Shown here: positions 31,757-42,137 of the stretch, piece after piece | How positions within the stretch are numbered: position 1 is the first letter of the stretch | Layout: the number at the start of each line of letters is the position of its first letter | Assembly (NCBI GenBank): GCA_963841815.1 | Contig: CAWJEE010000027.1 | Coordinates: 52,800 to 116,799 of the forward strand | DNA from: an uncultured beta proteobacterium | GTDB taxonomy: Bacteria > Pseudomonadota > Gammaproteobacteria > Burkholderiales > Burkholderiaceae_F | Direction of reading: 5' to 3' | DNA length: 64,000 nucleotides | The notes under the pieces: generated by a model | The model's input: the letters and a program-made list of their open reading frames with translations, nothing else | Told to the model about the DNA's origin: nothing | Databases searched by the model: none | Program-made: the position numbers and the translations under genes

Positions 31757-33201
31757 CTACTTCTTCTCGGCCTTGGCCTTTTCGGGCTTGGCGGGCGCCG
31801 ACGTCTTGGTCGCCGCGGCCGCGGGGACCGCCGCCGGAGCCGGCGTGGCCGCCTTCGTTTCGACGTTCAGGTTGACCGCGGGCCACTGGCGCCCGTGGCA
31901 CGCCGGATTGGCGCAGAAGTTGCCGCCTTCACGCCCGAACTCCAGCTTGCCGTGGCACATCGAGCACGTGTCGTCGAGCTTGAAGCGGTGCTCGTGCATG
32001 AAGTTGGGCTCGTTGTGGCTGTCCGGCGGGGTCACGCCGGCGACGATCGTCGACGGCACGGTGCTCTTGCCGTTCTCGAGCTTCACCTGCGGCAGGTTGT
32101 GGCACAGCGTGCACTGTAGCCGGATCGCCTCGCCCTTGTCGTTCATGTGCTTGCCGTCGTGGCAACGGAAGCAACCGGGAAAGTCCTTGTGCTGGCCGTG
32201 ATTGGGGAACGACTTCCAGGTGACGCCCTTCTCGTCGAAGGTGCCGGCGAGCAGGATTTCCCTCATGACCTTCTGGAACTGCGCGTCCTTTTCCTTCAGG
32301 TTCGCCGCAACCAGGCGACTTCGCCGCGTTCTCGGCGATGATCTTGTCGATCGCCTTGGAGCGCTCTTCCTGGGGGCCGCTCAGGTCGCCGACGGCCTTG
32401 ATCAGCTCGACGGCGCGCGCCTTCACGCCGGGCAGTTCGCGGTCGATCTTGCCCGCCGCGATGGCCGCGTCCACGCGGTCGGCCGGGTTCGGGAACGGAT
32501 GGCCCACCGCGTTGTGGCAGTTGAAGCACTCCATCCGGCGCGGCTCGAGCTTCGCGAGGTCGTCCTTCGAGAGCTTCGACTCGGCATCCGTATAGACGAT
32601 CTTCGTGCCGTCGGGCTTCGTGATCTGGACCCAGGGAATCTCGCGTCCCTGCACGTCCGGGCTCTTGTACTGCACGTCGTTTGCGATGTGCCAGTGGATG
32701 CCGGAAACCTTCCAGGACACGTCGCGCGGCGCATCGGCACTCGTGTGCAGCGTCAGCCGGTATTCGATCTCGCTGCTCTTCGGATCGGTGTCGTAGCGCT
32801 TGTTGACCACGATGCTGTCGTGATGCTCGGTCTGCGGGTAGTGGCAGGCCTCGCAGGCCTCGCGCGCCGGGCGCAATCCGGATGCGTGCAGCGGACGCTC
32901 GTAACCGGCGATCATGCCCCACAGTTCCTTGAGGTGCGTGGGCTTCATCGCGATGAGCTTCAGGGTCGAATTGCGGCCCATGTGGCACTCGACGCAGTGG
33001 ACCCGGGCGTGGGCCGCGGTCTTGTGCGACGTCGATCTCCTCCGGGTGCACCGCGTGGCACGTGCTCTCGCAGAACTGGTCGCTGTTCGTGTACTCCCAG
33101 CCCGCGATGCCGACGGCGCCCAGCACCATCAGCCCGATGCCGATCGCGATGAACGTGCCGATCGCCCCCACCATGGTCTTGCGACCGAAGCTCATCTTCA
33201 T
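31757..33201 (-). pseudogene. Membrane-anchored NapC/NirT-like multihaem cytochrome c (6 CxxCH plus 2 atypical motifs) with two frame switches
   Basis: The N-terminal TM helix is followed by CESTCH. Frame hops at about 33030 and 32315 then join HKTAAHARVHCVECHMGRNSTLKL...CEACH...CFNCH... to LVAANLKEKDAQFQKVMREILL...CFRCH...CTLCH...CSMCH...CANPACH. Confidence 0.75.
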
Positions 33202-33281
33202 TGCTCGTTCTCCTCCCCCCAGATTGTCACGAGGGCTCCGTCCTTTCGGACGGAGCCCTCATCGCAATGCTACCGCCAACC

Positions 33282-34151
33282 CTAGAAGACGACGCCGAAC
33301 AGGATCAGGCCGATCGTGATCAGGCCGAGCACCACGCCCGCCGTGCCGAGGATCCGGCCGAACAGCAGGCTTTCGCGCTTCGGCGCCGGCGCCTCCAGCT
33401 GCTGCAATCGGCCCTGCTCGACCAGGCGCGCGTACTCGACCGGACGCTCGTCCTTCAGCTCGTGCTCCGAGACAACGCCGGTGAAGAACACCATGTCCAT
33501 CGGGAACTTCTCCGGCCGCAGGTGGCCGTTGAAGAAGTGGATCGTGAAGATGAAGCCCACCGCCAGCAGCGCCTCTTCGCCGTGGACGATCATCGCGATG
33601 TTGAACACCCAGCCCGGCAGGAACTGCGAGAAGAACATCGGGAACCACAGCATGAAGCCCGAGCCGCCGATGATGAACATGCCCCAGAAGACCGCCCAGT
33701 AATCGAACTTCTCCCAGTAGGTGTAGCGGTCGAACTGCGGGCGCGGCCCCTTGCCGAAGAACCACTTGAACATCCCGACGATGTCCTGCCCGTCCTTCAG
33801 GTTGGGCACCATCGAGTACGGGCCCCAGAAGTACGCGAGCCAGTCCTCGGCGAGGAAGGCGCGGACGAAGACCCGGACGACGTGGCCGACGAAGAGCACC
33901 GTCATGATGACCGCGGAGATGCGGTGGATCAGCGCGGCGCCCTGGAAGCCGCCCATCGCCTTGACGAGAGTAACGGCCCAGTCGTGGTCGGAAAACAGCA
34001 GCGGCACGCCGGTCAGCGCGAGGCCGATGAACGAGATCATCATGAACGCGTGCATCACGATCTCGACCGGGCCGAAGCGGCGGTAGTGGGGCCCTGCCGC
34101 GTGGGAGCGCGCGACCGGCACCGAGGTGTTCAAAGCCATCGAACTAGACAT
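33282..34151 (-). CDS. Integral-membrane cytochrome b-like subunit (putative quinol-interacting)
   Basis: The 289-aa ORF has about 5 TM helices with conserved-looking His in the helices (IHRISAVIMTVLFVGHVV, IVHGEEALLAVGFIFTIHFFNGH). It lies between two c-type cytochrome genes. The family was not verified. Confidence 0.6.
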   Translation of the reverse strand: MSSSMALNTSVPVARSHAAGPHYRRFGPVEIVMHAFMMISFIGLALTGVPLLFSDHDWAVTLVKAMGGFQGAALIHRISAVIMTVLFVGHVVRVFVRAFLAEDWLAYFWGPYSMVPNLKDGQDIVGMFKWFFGKGPRPQFDRYTYWEKFDYWAVFWGMFIIGGSGFMLWFPMFFSQFLPGWVFNIAMIVHGEEALLAVGFIFTIHFFNGHLRPEKFPMDMVFFTGVVSEHELKDERPVEYARLVEQGRLQQLEAPAPKRESLLFGRILGTAGVVLGLITIGLILFGVVF

Positions 34152-34163
34152 TTCCCGTTCCTT

Positions 34164-35421
34164 TCAACGACCGCGGCGCCGTTCGCGCACTTCCTTCAGC
34201 TCGCGCAGCATCCACAGCAAGGTGTGCAGGCCAAAGAAGGAGAACACCCCGATCAGCAGCCACACCATGAACAGCCGCGTGTAGTACAGGATGGGCTCGC
34301 CCTCGCGGTCGCGCGGGTTGCCGTGAGGCTTGAAGGCGGCGAAGTTGGCGTTCGCGCCCGGGTGGCAGCTGCGGCAGGTGCTGACGCGGTTTTCCGGCGA
34401 GATCATCGACTTCGGGTTCGATGCCGGCAGCACTTCGTGCGCGCCGTGGCAGCTGTTGCAGGTCGCGACGCGCGTGAAGCCGAGGTTCGTCACCTGACCG
34501 TGGTAGGTGTCGCGGTACGTCGTCAGCAGGCCGCCGTGGCAGTTGCCGCACTCCTTGATGACGTCGACCTGCCATTGCGCCGAGGTGTGCGACTGGATCC
34601 CGTGCGCGCTGTGGCAGTCGATGCAGGTCGGCGCAGCCGAGTTGCCGGCCTGGCGCATCTGCCCGTGCATGCTGTTGGTGAAACGGCTGTACACCTGCTG
34701 GTGGCAACTGCCGCACATGCCCGCTATGTTCTCGCGGCTGACCCGGCTGTCGGCGTCCATCTTGCCGCGGATCTTGTGAGCGCCGTGGCAACCCGTGCAG
34801 GTCGGCGCCTTGCCGGCGTCGGCGGTGCCGCCATTGGTCTTCTTGCCGTGGATGCTGTCGTGGTACATCGCCACGATGTTGCCGCCGGGGAGATGGGCCT
34901 TCTGGACCACGGCGTCGTTGCCGTGGCACGAACCGCAGGTCGCCTCCTGCTTCGCCACGTGCGTGCGCGACGCGGGATCGGTGGACTTGAGGATGTCGTG
35001 CTTGCCGTGGCAGTCGGTGCAGGTGGCCGCCACCATGTTGCCGACCTTGCGCGCCTTCGCGTGCGCGGTCGACTCGTACTCCTTCACGGCCGCGTCGTGG
35101 CAGGCCGCGCAGTTGGCCGGTTTCAGCTTGGGCTCGTGCGGCAGCTTCTCGGCCGACACGTCGCTGTGGCAGTCGGTGCACTTGAACTGCATCTGCCCGT
35201 GCACGGAACCGGCGAAGGCCTTGGCATCCACGGCAATCGACTTGCCGCTCTCGGACTTCGCTGCCGGGTCCGAGTGGCACATCATGCAGCTCTCGTTGGG
35301 ATCCGGAGGCGGAGCGGCGGCGGCGGCGGCGGGCAGGCTTGGCGTCGAGCGAAAGAGAGAAGGACAGAGCGGCCAGCGCCACCAGGCCAGGCAGAAGGCG
35401 AGACAGACGGATTTTCAGCAT
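34164..35421 (-). pseudogene. Periplasmic undecahaem cytochrome c with a C-terminal TM anchor; one frame switch in a GCC run near 35335
   Basis: The signal peptide is MLKIRLSRLLPGLVALAALSFSLSLDA. There are 11 CxxCH motifs (CMMCH, CTDCH, CAACH, CTDCH, CGSCH, CTGCH, CGSCH, CIDCH, CGNCH, CNSCH, CRSCH). The C-terminal helix is ILYYTRLFMVWLLIGVFSFFGL. Confidence 0.8.
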
Positions 35422-35535
35422 GTTGGGCCCGCGCATCGAATCACTCGGCATTCAACGGCGGCGCGCGGAGAATGCGCATCAGGGCGCGCTGCTTGGTCAT
35501 GGCGCGGGCAGTGTTGCATGCGACTCCCGTGCTCC

Positions 35536-35549
35536 GTTGATTCACGTCA
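35536..35549. promoter_or_regulatory. FNR/Anr/Dnr-type box TTGATTCACGTCAA upstream of the cytochrome cluster
   Basis: The left half-site is perfect and the right half-site is GTCAA (consensus TTGAT-N4-ATCAA/GTCAA). It lies 115 nt upstream of the start codon at 35421. Confidence 0.55.
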
Positions 35550-35750
35550 AGGCGATCACCGTGCCGTCCCCTTGATGCACGTGGGTTTCGATGCCGTCAA
35601 ACGAATCGATCTCTTCGATCGCTTCGGGCCACGTCCTGACTCGGTCGACGTTGCGCCTCGTCAAACGCGCCGTCGCGCCGCTGCTACGCTGAACAGGCGT
35701 TTCATGCGCAACCCGCATCACCTGCCTCGCATCGACAGCACGGAGACCTC

Positions 35751-36251
35751 ATGAAAGCCCGTTGCACGCTCATCGCGGCGCTTGCCGCCATCGCCATGCC
35801 CGCGCTCGCGCTTGCGCAGAGCGGCACATTCAACGTCCGCCAGCTCACGCCCGAGACGGCCGCCAAGGCCACGCGCGCGGCGCTCGACGACTGCCGCAAG
35901 CGCGGCTACCAGGTGGCCGTCGCCGTCGTCGACCGCGCCGGCGTCGCGCAGGCCCTGATGCGCGACCGCTTTGCCGGTCCGCACACCGTCAGCACCGCGA
36001 TCAACAAGGGCTGGACAGCGATCAGCTTCCGCACCGACACGCTCGAGTTCGGCCGGGCGACCGCCGGGGCCAGCGAGAGCGCCGGCATCCGCCACCTGCC
36101 GAACGTCGTCGCGGTCGGCGGCGGCGTGAACATCCAGGCCGGTGGAACGACCGTCGGCGCGATCGGCGTCTCGGGCGCGCCGACCGGCGAGGCGGACGAG
36201 GCCTGCGCAAAGGCCGGCATCGCCGCGATCCGCGACGAACTGGACTTCTAG
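35751..36251 (+). CDS. GlcG/HbpS-like (DUF336) haem-binding-type protein with a signal peptide
   Basis: The 166-aa ORF contains AVAVVDRAG...GPHTVSTAINKGWTA...GGGV...GAIGVSGAP. Confidence 0.8.
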   Translation: MKARCTLIAALAAIAMPALALAQSGTFNVRQLTPETAAKATRAALDDCRKRGYQVAVAVVDRAGVAQALMRDRFAGPHTVSTAINKGWTAISFRTDTLEFGRATAGASESAGIRHLPNVVAVGGGVNIQAGGTTVGAIGVSGAPTGEADEACAKAGIAAIRDELDF

Positions 36252-36335
36252 GGCCCGGTTCGTCCCTGGGTCGCGCATGCGCGACCCAGGCGGCCCGCGC
36301 GCGACCGCGGGGGTGCCCGCGATACCATCGACGGC

Positions 36336-37232
36336 GTGACCTCCCGTCTCACGCCGTCGACGGCAGTGCTGCTCGTGCTGCCGCCGTTGTTCTGGGCCGG
36401 CAACGCCGTCGTCGGGCGCGCGCTCGTCGGCGACTTCCCCCCGCTGGCCCTGTCGTTCTGGCGCTGGGCACTGGCGTTCGCGATCCTCGCGCCCTTCGCC
36501 GCGCGATCGATCCGGGCTCATCGCGACACGATTCGCTCGCACTGGCAGGTTCTCGCCGTCCTCAGCTTCCTCGGCGTGGCCTGCTACAACTCCCTGCAGT
36601 ACCTCGCGCTGCAGACATCGGGCGCCGTCAACGCGACCCTCATCGGCGCCTCCGGGCCGGTGGCCGGCCTGCTGATCGGCGCGGCGTTCTATCAAACCCG
36701 AGTGACCCACCGACAATGGATCGGCGCCGCGCTGTCGGTTGCCGGCGTCCTGTGGGTGATCACGCGCGGCGACCCGGCGAACCTGCTCGGCTTCCGGTTC
36801 GCGATGGGCGACCTGATCATGCTGGTCGCGACCGTGCTGTGGAGCTTCTACACGTGGATGCTGCGGCGCCAGCGACCGCCGCTGCCGATGACTGCGTTCC
36901 TGGCAGTGCAGATCGGGCTCGGCGCACTGATGATCCTCCCCGTGTTCCTGATCGAACTCGCCGTCACCCAGCGCGTCCCGGAAGCCACGGCGACCAACGT
37001 CGCGGCCCTCCTCTACGTAGCCGTGCTGCCGTCGATCGTTGCCTACTACTGCTGGGACCGCGGCGTGGCACAGGCCGGCGCCGTCCTGCCGCTGTACTTC
37101 GTCAACCTCACCCCGGTCTTCACGGCCCTCCTCGCCACGTCCTTCCTCGCCGAGCCGATCGGCCTGTATCACGTCGTGGGCGGGGCCCTGATCCTGGTCG
37201 GGATCCACCTCGCGAACCGGCCAGTCGCCTGA
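36336..37232 (+). CDS. EamA/DMT-family transporter
   Basis: The 298-aa, 10-TM-like ORF has a GTG start according to the track. Confidence 0.75.
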   Translation: MTSRLTPSTAVLLVLPPLFWAGNAVVGRALVGDFPPLALSFWRWALAFAILAPFAARSIRAHRDTIRSHWQVLAVLSFLGVACYNSLQYLALQTSGAVNATLIGASGPVAGLLIGAAFYQTRVTHRQWIGAALSVAGVLWVITRGDPANLLGFRFAMGDLIMLVATVLWSFYTWMLRRQRPPLPMTAFLAVQIGLGALMILPVFLIELAVTQRVPEATATNVAALLYVAVLPSIVAYYCWDRGVAQAGAVLPLYFVNLTPVFTALLATSFLAEPIGLYHVVGGALILVGIHLANRPVA

Positions 37233-37326
37233 TCCGCCCGGCCTGGGACACGCGCAGGCGCGCAAGAGGCGTTGGCTACAATGCCGCGTTCCGCCGATCC
37301 ACCCCAGCCCGGGCGAAGGCCAAGCG

Positions 37327-40009
37327 ATGCCGATGCGTAACGACCAGGTCGTCACCGTGCGACGCACCGACTATCGGCCACCCGCGTTCCTGCTCGACCG
37401 CGTCGAGCTCGAGTTCGATCTCGACCCCGCGTCGACGCGCGTCGCGTGCGACCCTCGAAGTGCGTCGCAACCACGCCCTTCCAGGCAACAGCGGCCCGCT
37501 GGTCCTCGACGGCGAAGACCTCGAACTCGAGTCGGTGGCGGTCGATGGCACGGCACTGGCGCGCTCAAGCTACGAGTTGATCGCCGGGGCGCTGCGCATC
37601 CCGGCGCCATCCGATCGCTTCACCGTCCGGACCGTCAACCGCATCTGCCCGGAGGCGAACACCGAGCTGATGGGCCTGTTCGTGTCGAACGGCAATTACT
37701 TCAGCCAGTGCGAGGCCGAGGGCTTCCGCCGCATCACGTTCTTCCCGGATCGACCCGACGTGATGGCACCGTACCGCGTGACCGTGCGCGCGGACGAAGG
37801 CCGCTATCCGGTGCTGCTGTCGAACGGCAACCTGGTCGAGCAGGGCCGGCTCGACGGCGGCCGCCATTACGCGGTGTGGGACGACCCGTTCGCCAAGCCG
37901 AGCTACCTGTTCGCGCTGGTCGCCGGCCGCTTCGACGTGCACGAGGAGCGCGTCGTGCGCGCCAGCGGCCGCGAAGCGCTGCTGCAGATCTACGTCGAGC
38001 CCGGCAACCTCGACAAGACCGCCCACGCGATGGCGAGCCTGAAGCGCGCGATCGCGTGGGACGAAGCGCCGGTTCGGGCTGGAACTCGACCTCGACCGCT
38101 TCATGATCGTCGCCACCAACCACTTCAACATGGGGGCGATGGAGAACAAGGGCCTCAACATCTTCAACGCGAAGTACGTGCTGGCGAATCCGAAGGTGGC
38201 CACCGACGCTCGACTACGCCGGCATCGAGTCGATCGTCGGCCACGAGTACTTCCACAACTGGACCGGCAACCGGGTCACCTGCCGCGACTGGTTCCAGTT
38301 GAGCCTGAAGGAAGGCCTGACCGTGTTCCGCGACCAGGAGTTCGCCGCCGACATGATGGGCGACACCGCCAGCCGCGCGGTCAAGCGCATCGAGGACGTG
38401 CGGCTGCTGCGCGCGGTGCAGTTTCCCGAGGACAGCGGCCCGATGTCGCATCCGGTGCGGCCCGACAGCTACCAGGAGATCGGCAACTTCTACACGGCCA
38501 CGGTCTACGAGAAAGGCGCCGAGGTCGTCCGCATGATGCAGACGCTGGTCGGCGTCGACGGCTTCCGGCGCGGCATGGATCTCTACTTCAAGCGTCACGA
38601 CGGCCAGGCCGTCACGTGCGACGACTTCGTCGCCGCCATCGCGGACGCCAACGGCCGCGACCTGACGCAGTTCAAGCGGTGGTACGCGCAGGCGGGCACG
38701 CCGCTCGTCACGGCCGCCACCCGCCACGACCCGGCCGCCGGGATGCTCGAGCTCACGCTGTCGCAGTCCACGGCGCCGACGCCGGGGCAGCCGTCGAAGG
38801 AACCCTTGCACATTCCGATCGCCGTCGGCCTGGTCGGCGGCGACGGCGTCGACATCCCGCTGCAACTGGAGGGCGAGACGTCCGCGCGGGGAACGACGCG
38901 GGTCCTCGACCTGACCCAGCCGAGCACAGACGTTTCGCTTCGTCCATGTGAAGTCCCCGGTCGTGCCGTCGCTGCTGCGCGGCTTCTCGGCGCCGGTGAC
39001 CGTCGACGCGCAGTTCGACGATCGCGACCTCGCGTTCCTCGCCGCGCACGACTCCGATCCGTTCAACCGCTGGGAAGCCGGCCAGAAGATGGCGATCGCG
39101 CGCCTGATGGCGCTGACCGACGCGGTCGAGGCCGGCCGGCCGCTCGCGCTCGACGAATCGTTCGTCGACGTCGTGCGGAGCACGCTGGCGGACCCGGGCC
39201 TGTCGCCGTCGTTCAAGGAACAGGCGCTGACGCTGCCGGCCGAGGGCTTCATCGGCGAGCAGCGCGCCGTGATCGAGCCCGGAGCGATCCGCGCCGCGCG
39301 CCGCTTCGTGCACGGGGAACTGGGTCGTCGCCTGGCAACGGAGTGGAAGGCCGTCTACGACGCGCTGGCGGTCCCGGGTCCGTACTCGCCGGACCACGCC
39401 TCGGCCGGCAAGCGCGGACTGCGCAATCTCGCGCTCGCCTACCTGGTCGACGCCGACGTGCCCGGCGCGCTCGAACTCGCGCGCGCTCAGCTGGTGGCGG
39501 CCGAGAACATGACCGAGGTGCAGGGCGCGCTGATCGCGATCGTGAACAGCGCCGCACCCTGGAAGGCGGACGTCCTCGCGCAACTGGCGCGGGCCTGGTC
39601 GAGCGAACCGCTGCTGATGACCAAGTGGCTGCAGGTCCAGGCGACCGCGATGGCGCAACCCGGAGAGCCGCCGGGCGTCGAGCGCGTCCGCATCCTGATG
39701 CGACATCCGGCGTTCTCGATGGACAACCCGAACGCCGTGTTCGCGCTGTTGCGCGCGTTCTGCGCGCTGAACGAAGCCGAGTTCCACCGCCGCGGCGCCG
39801 ACGGCTATTCACTCTGGGTCGACGCGGTGCTGGCGCTCGACCGCATCAATCCGACGGTGGCCGCGCGCATCGCGCGCGCGCTCGATCGCTGGCGCCGGTT
39901 CGCCACCGACCGGCAGCACGCGATGCGCGAAGCGCTGGAGCGGGTCGCCGCCGCCGATCACCTGTCGCGCGACGTGCGCGAAATCGTCACCAAGTCGCTG
40001 GAGAACTGA
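37327..40009 (+). pseudogene. pepN: Aminopeptidase N with about 4 frame switches
   Basis: GAMENKG and [13 protein letters not shown] are present. The sequence can be followed across frames with switches at about 37445, 38065, 38205 and 38915. The C-terminal third (ORF 38948..40009) is intact. Confidence 0.9.
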
Positions 40010-40013
40010 ACCG

Positions 40014-41012
40014 ATGGCCCGCCTGTCCCTGACACACCACCTGATCCGCTGCGAACGCGAGCACGGACTCGACCCCGACCTGCGGTTGCTGCTCGAGGTG
40101 ATCGCGCGCGCGGTCAAGGCGATCAGCCACGCGGTCGGCAAGGGGGCCCTCGGCGGCGTGCTCGGCCACGCGGGCACGACGAACGTCCAGGGCGAGGCGC
40201 AGAAGAAGCTCGACGTGCTGTCCAACGAGATCCTGGTCGAGGCGAACAGCTGGGGCGGCTACCTGGCCGGCATGGCTTCGGAGGAAATGGACGGCCCGGT
40301 CGGCATTCCGGTGGCCTACCCGCGCGGCAAGTACCTGCTGCTGTACGACCCGCTCGACGGCTCGAGCAACATCGACGTCAACGTGTCGGTCGGCACGATC
40401 TTCTCGGTGCTGAAATGCCCGGACGGCGTCACCGAACCCGACGAGAGCGCCTTCCTGCAGCCGGGCACCGAGCAGGTGTGCGCCGGCTATGCCGTGTACG
40501 GACCGCAGACGCTGCTGATGCTGACCATCGGCCACGGGGTCGTCGGCTTCACGCTCGACCGCGACACCGGCTCGTTCCTGCTGACCCACGAGAACGTGCG
40601 GATTCCCGAGGACACCGGCGAGTTCGCGATCAACGCCTCCAACGCGCGGCACTGGGAGCCGCCGGTCCGGCGCTACATCGACGAGCTGCTGGCCGGGAAG
40701 ACGGGGCCGCGCGGACGCGACTTCAACATGCGCTGGGTCGCCTCGATGGTGGCCGACGTGCACCGGATCATGTCGCGCGGCGGGATCTTCATGTATCCCC
40801 GCGACGCCCGCGACCCGGGCAAGCCGGGCCGGCTCCGCCTGCTGTACGAAGGCAACCCGATGGCGTTGCTGGTCGAGCAGGCGGGCGGCGCGGCGACCAA
40901 CGGCGACAAGCGCATCCTCGAGGTGCGGCCGTCGAAACTGCACGAGCGGGTCGCCGTGTTCCTCGGCTCGAAGAACGAGGTCGACCTCGTCACGTCCTAC
41001 CACCGCGAATGA
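40014..41012 (+). CDS. fbp: Fructose-1,6-bisphosphatase class 1
   Basis: The 332-aa ORF contains [20 protein letters not shown] and GGIFMYP. Confidence 0.95.
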   Translation: MARLSLTHHLIRCEREHGLDPDLRLLLEVIARAVKAISHAVGKGALGGVLGHAGTTNVQGEAQKKLDVLSNEILVEANSWGGYLAGMASEEMDGPVGIPVAYPRGKYLLLYDPLDGSSNIDVNVSVGTIFSVLKCPDGVTEPDESAFLQPGTEQVCAGYAVYGPQTLLMLTIGHGVVGFTLDRDTGSFLLTHENVRIPEDTGEFAINASNARHWEPPVRRYIDELLAGKTGPRGRDFNMRWVASMVADVHRIMSRGGIFMYPRDARDPGKPGRLRLLYEGNPMALLVEQAGGAATNGDKRILEVRPSKLHERVAVFLGSKNEVDLVTSYHRE

Positions 41013-41464
41013 CGCCGACGCGGCGCGTGCCGTCGACGGTCCTCGTCGCGCTGCAGTTCGCCCTGGTCCTCGCGCTCGTCTTCGCCACGCGCTGGCCGGT
41101 GCCGACCCGGGCGTGGCCGGCGACCCTCTTCCTGCTCGCGGTCGCGATCGTGCTCGGCGTGTGGACGCTCGGCTACAACCGCTGGGGCAACTTCAACATC
41201 CGTCCGGAGCTCAGGCGCGGCGCGCGGCTGGTGACCGGCGGGCCTTACCGCCACATCCGGCACCCGATGTACGCCTCGGTGCTGCTCGGCACGGGCGCAC
41301 TCGTCGTCGCCGACGCGCGGCCGTGGCGCATCGCGCTGCTGGTCGCCCTGCTGGTCGTTCTGATGCTGAAGGCCGCACGCGAGGAGGAGTACCTGCGAGC
41401 GGCGTTCCCGGAATACGCCGCCTACGCGTCTCGCACGTGGCGGCTGGTTCCGTTCGTCTACTAG
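41009..41464 (+). CDS. Isoprenylcysteine carboxyl methyltransferase-like membrane methyltransferase
   Basis: It has an ATGA overlap with fbp. The 151-aa product has 4 TM helices and contains [15 protein letters not shown] and EEEYL. Confidence 0.75.
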   Translation: MTPTRRVPSTVLVALQFALVLALVFATRWPVPTRAWPATLFLLAVAIVLGVWTLGYNRWGNFNIRPELRRGARLVTGGPYRHIRHPMYASVLLGTGALVVADARPWRIALLVALLVVLMLKAAREEEYLRAAFPEYAAYASRTWRLVPFVY

Positions 41465-41583
41465 GTTCGACGCTCCGATGGGACGCTCCGTGTCTTCGGG
41501 TGACCGAAGAGCCGAGCACTCGATTTCCTTCGGCCCCGGCCTCGAATCGGCAAGCAGCCATCTGCGCCTGGGCGGGCTGCGGG

Positions 41584-42110
41584 GTGCCTCGACTCCGCGC
41601 GCGTCGACGCAGGCGTCATTCGGCGGATGGCGCGCCATGCGGGCTCCCAGCTTTCGGGCTCGCGAAGTCATCGAACGCCGCATCGTGCCTCGCGGCTGCG
41701 ACGCGCTGGCCCGCCGGACTCACGCCAATGGCACGCCCGCTGTCTGACGCGCGCTGCGCGAGGCGCCCCACACCCCGCCCAGACGCCATCCCTTGTGGCG
41801 AGTGAAGAGCGCGCCGCGCTCCAGCCTGTCCACGACGCTCGGCGCGTCGATCGCGGCGTGGGGTGCCTCGCGCAGCGCGACGCCGTGCGGCGGGCGTCGC
41901 ATTCCAGAAACTGCGGCGGGCCGGGACCAACACTGGCCGGAAGGCACGACCGCCGGAACCGCAAGCTCTCACTCCGAAAGCCGCCCGCCCGCAGGGAACC
42001 ACTTGAACCCCGTGTCGCCCGCCGCGCGTCGCGCGGAGTCGAGACGCCCCGCAGCGCGGTCGGCGCGCAAGGAACGCGGTCGGCGCACTCGGGACTCCGC
42101 GCTCAAGTCC
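41584..42110 (+). repeat. Copy A of the GC-rich intergenic repeat family
   Basis: It aligns with 51771..52370 from gt(g/a)cctcgact...ggcgtcattcggc through a core of about 212 nt (41859..42069 vs 52061..52271, roughly 80% identical by eye). A 58-nt 3' block differs at only 2 positions. An internal 20-nt inverted repeat is at 41751..41770 / 41859..41878. Confidence 0.8.
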
Positions 42111-42137
42111 GTGTATCGCGCCTCTACAACCCGCGCG

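Noticed and set aside
41616-42002. ORFs inside the intergenic repeats (41616..42002 - and 51803..52249 -) share peptide stretches such as ARRSF..PAARRRAAR and both end in ...SAE. They could be taken for a small paralogous protein family.
   Set aside because: The similarity follows the nucleotide repeat and is lost wherever the copies differ by indels. The composition is Arg/Ala-rich shadow-frame-like, and there is no Shine-Dalgarno or sensible start. A non-coding repeat is the simpler explanation.
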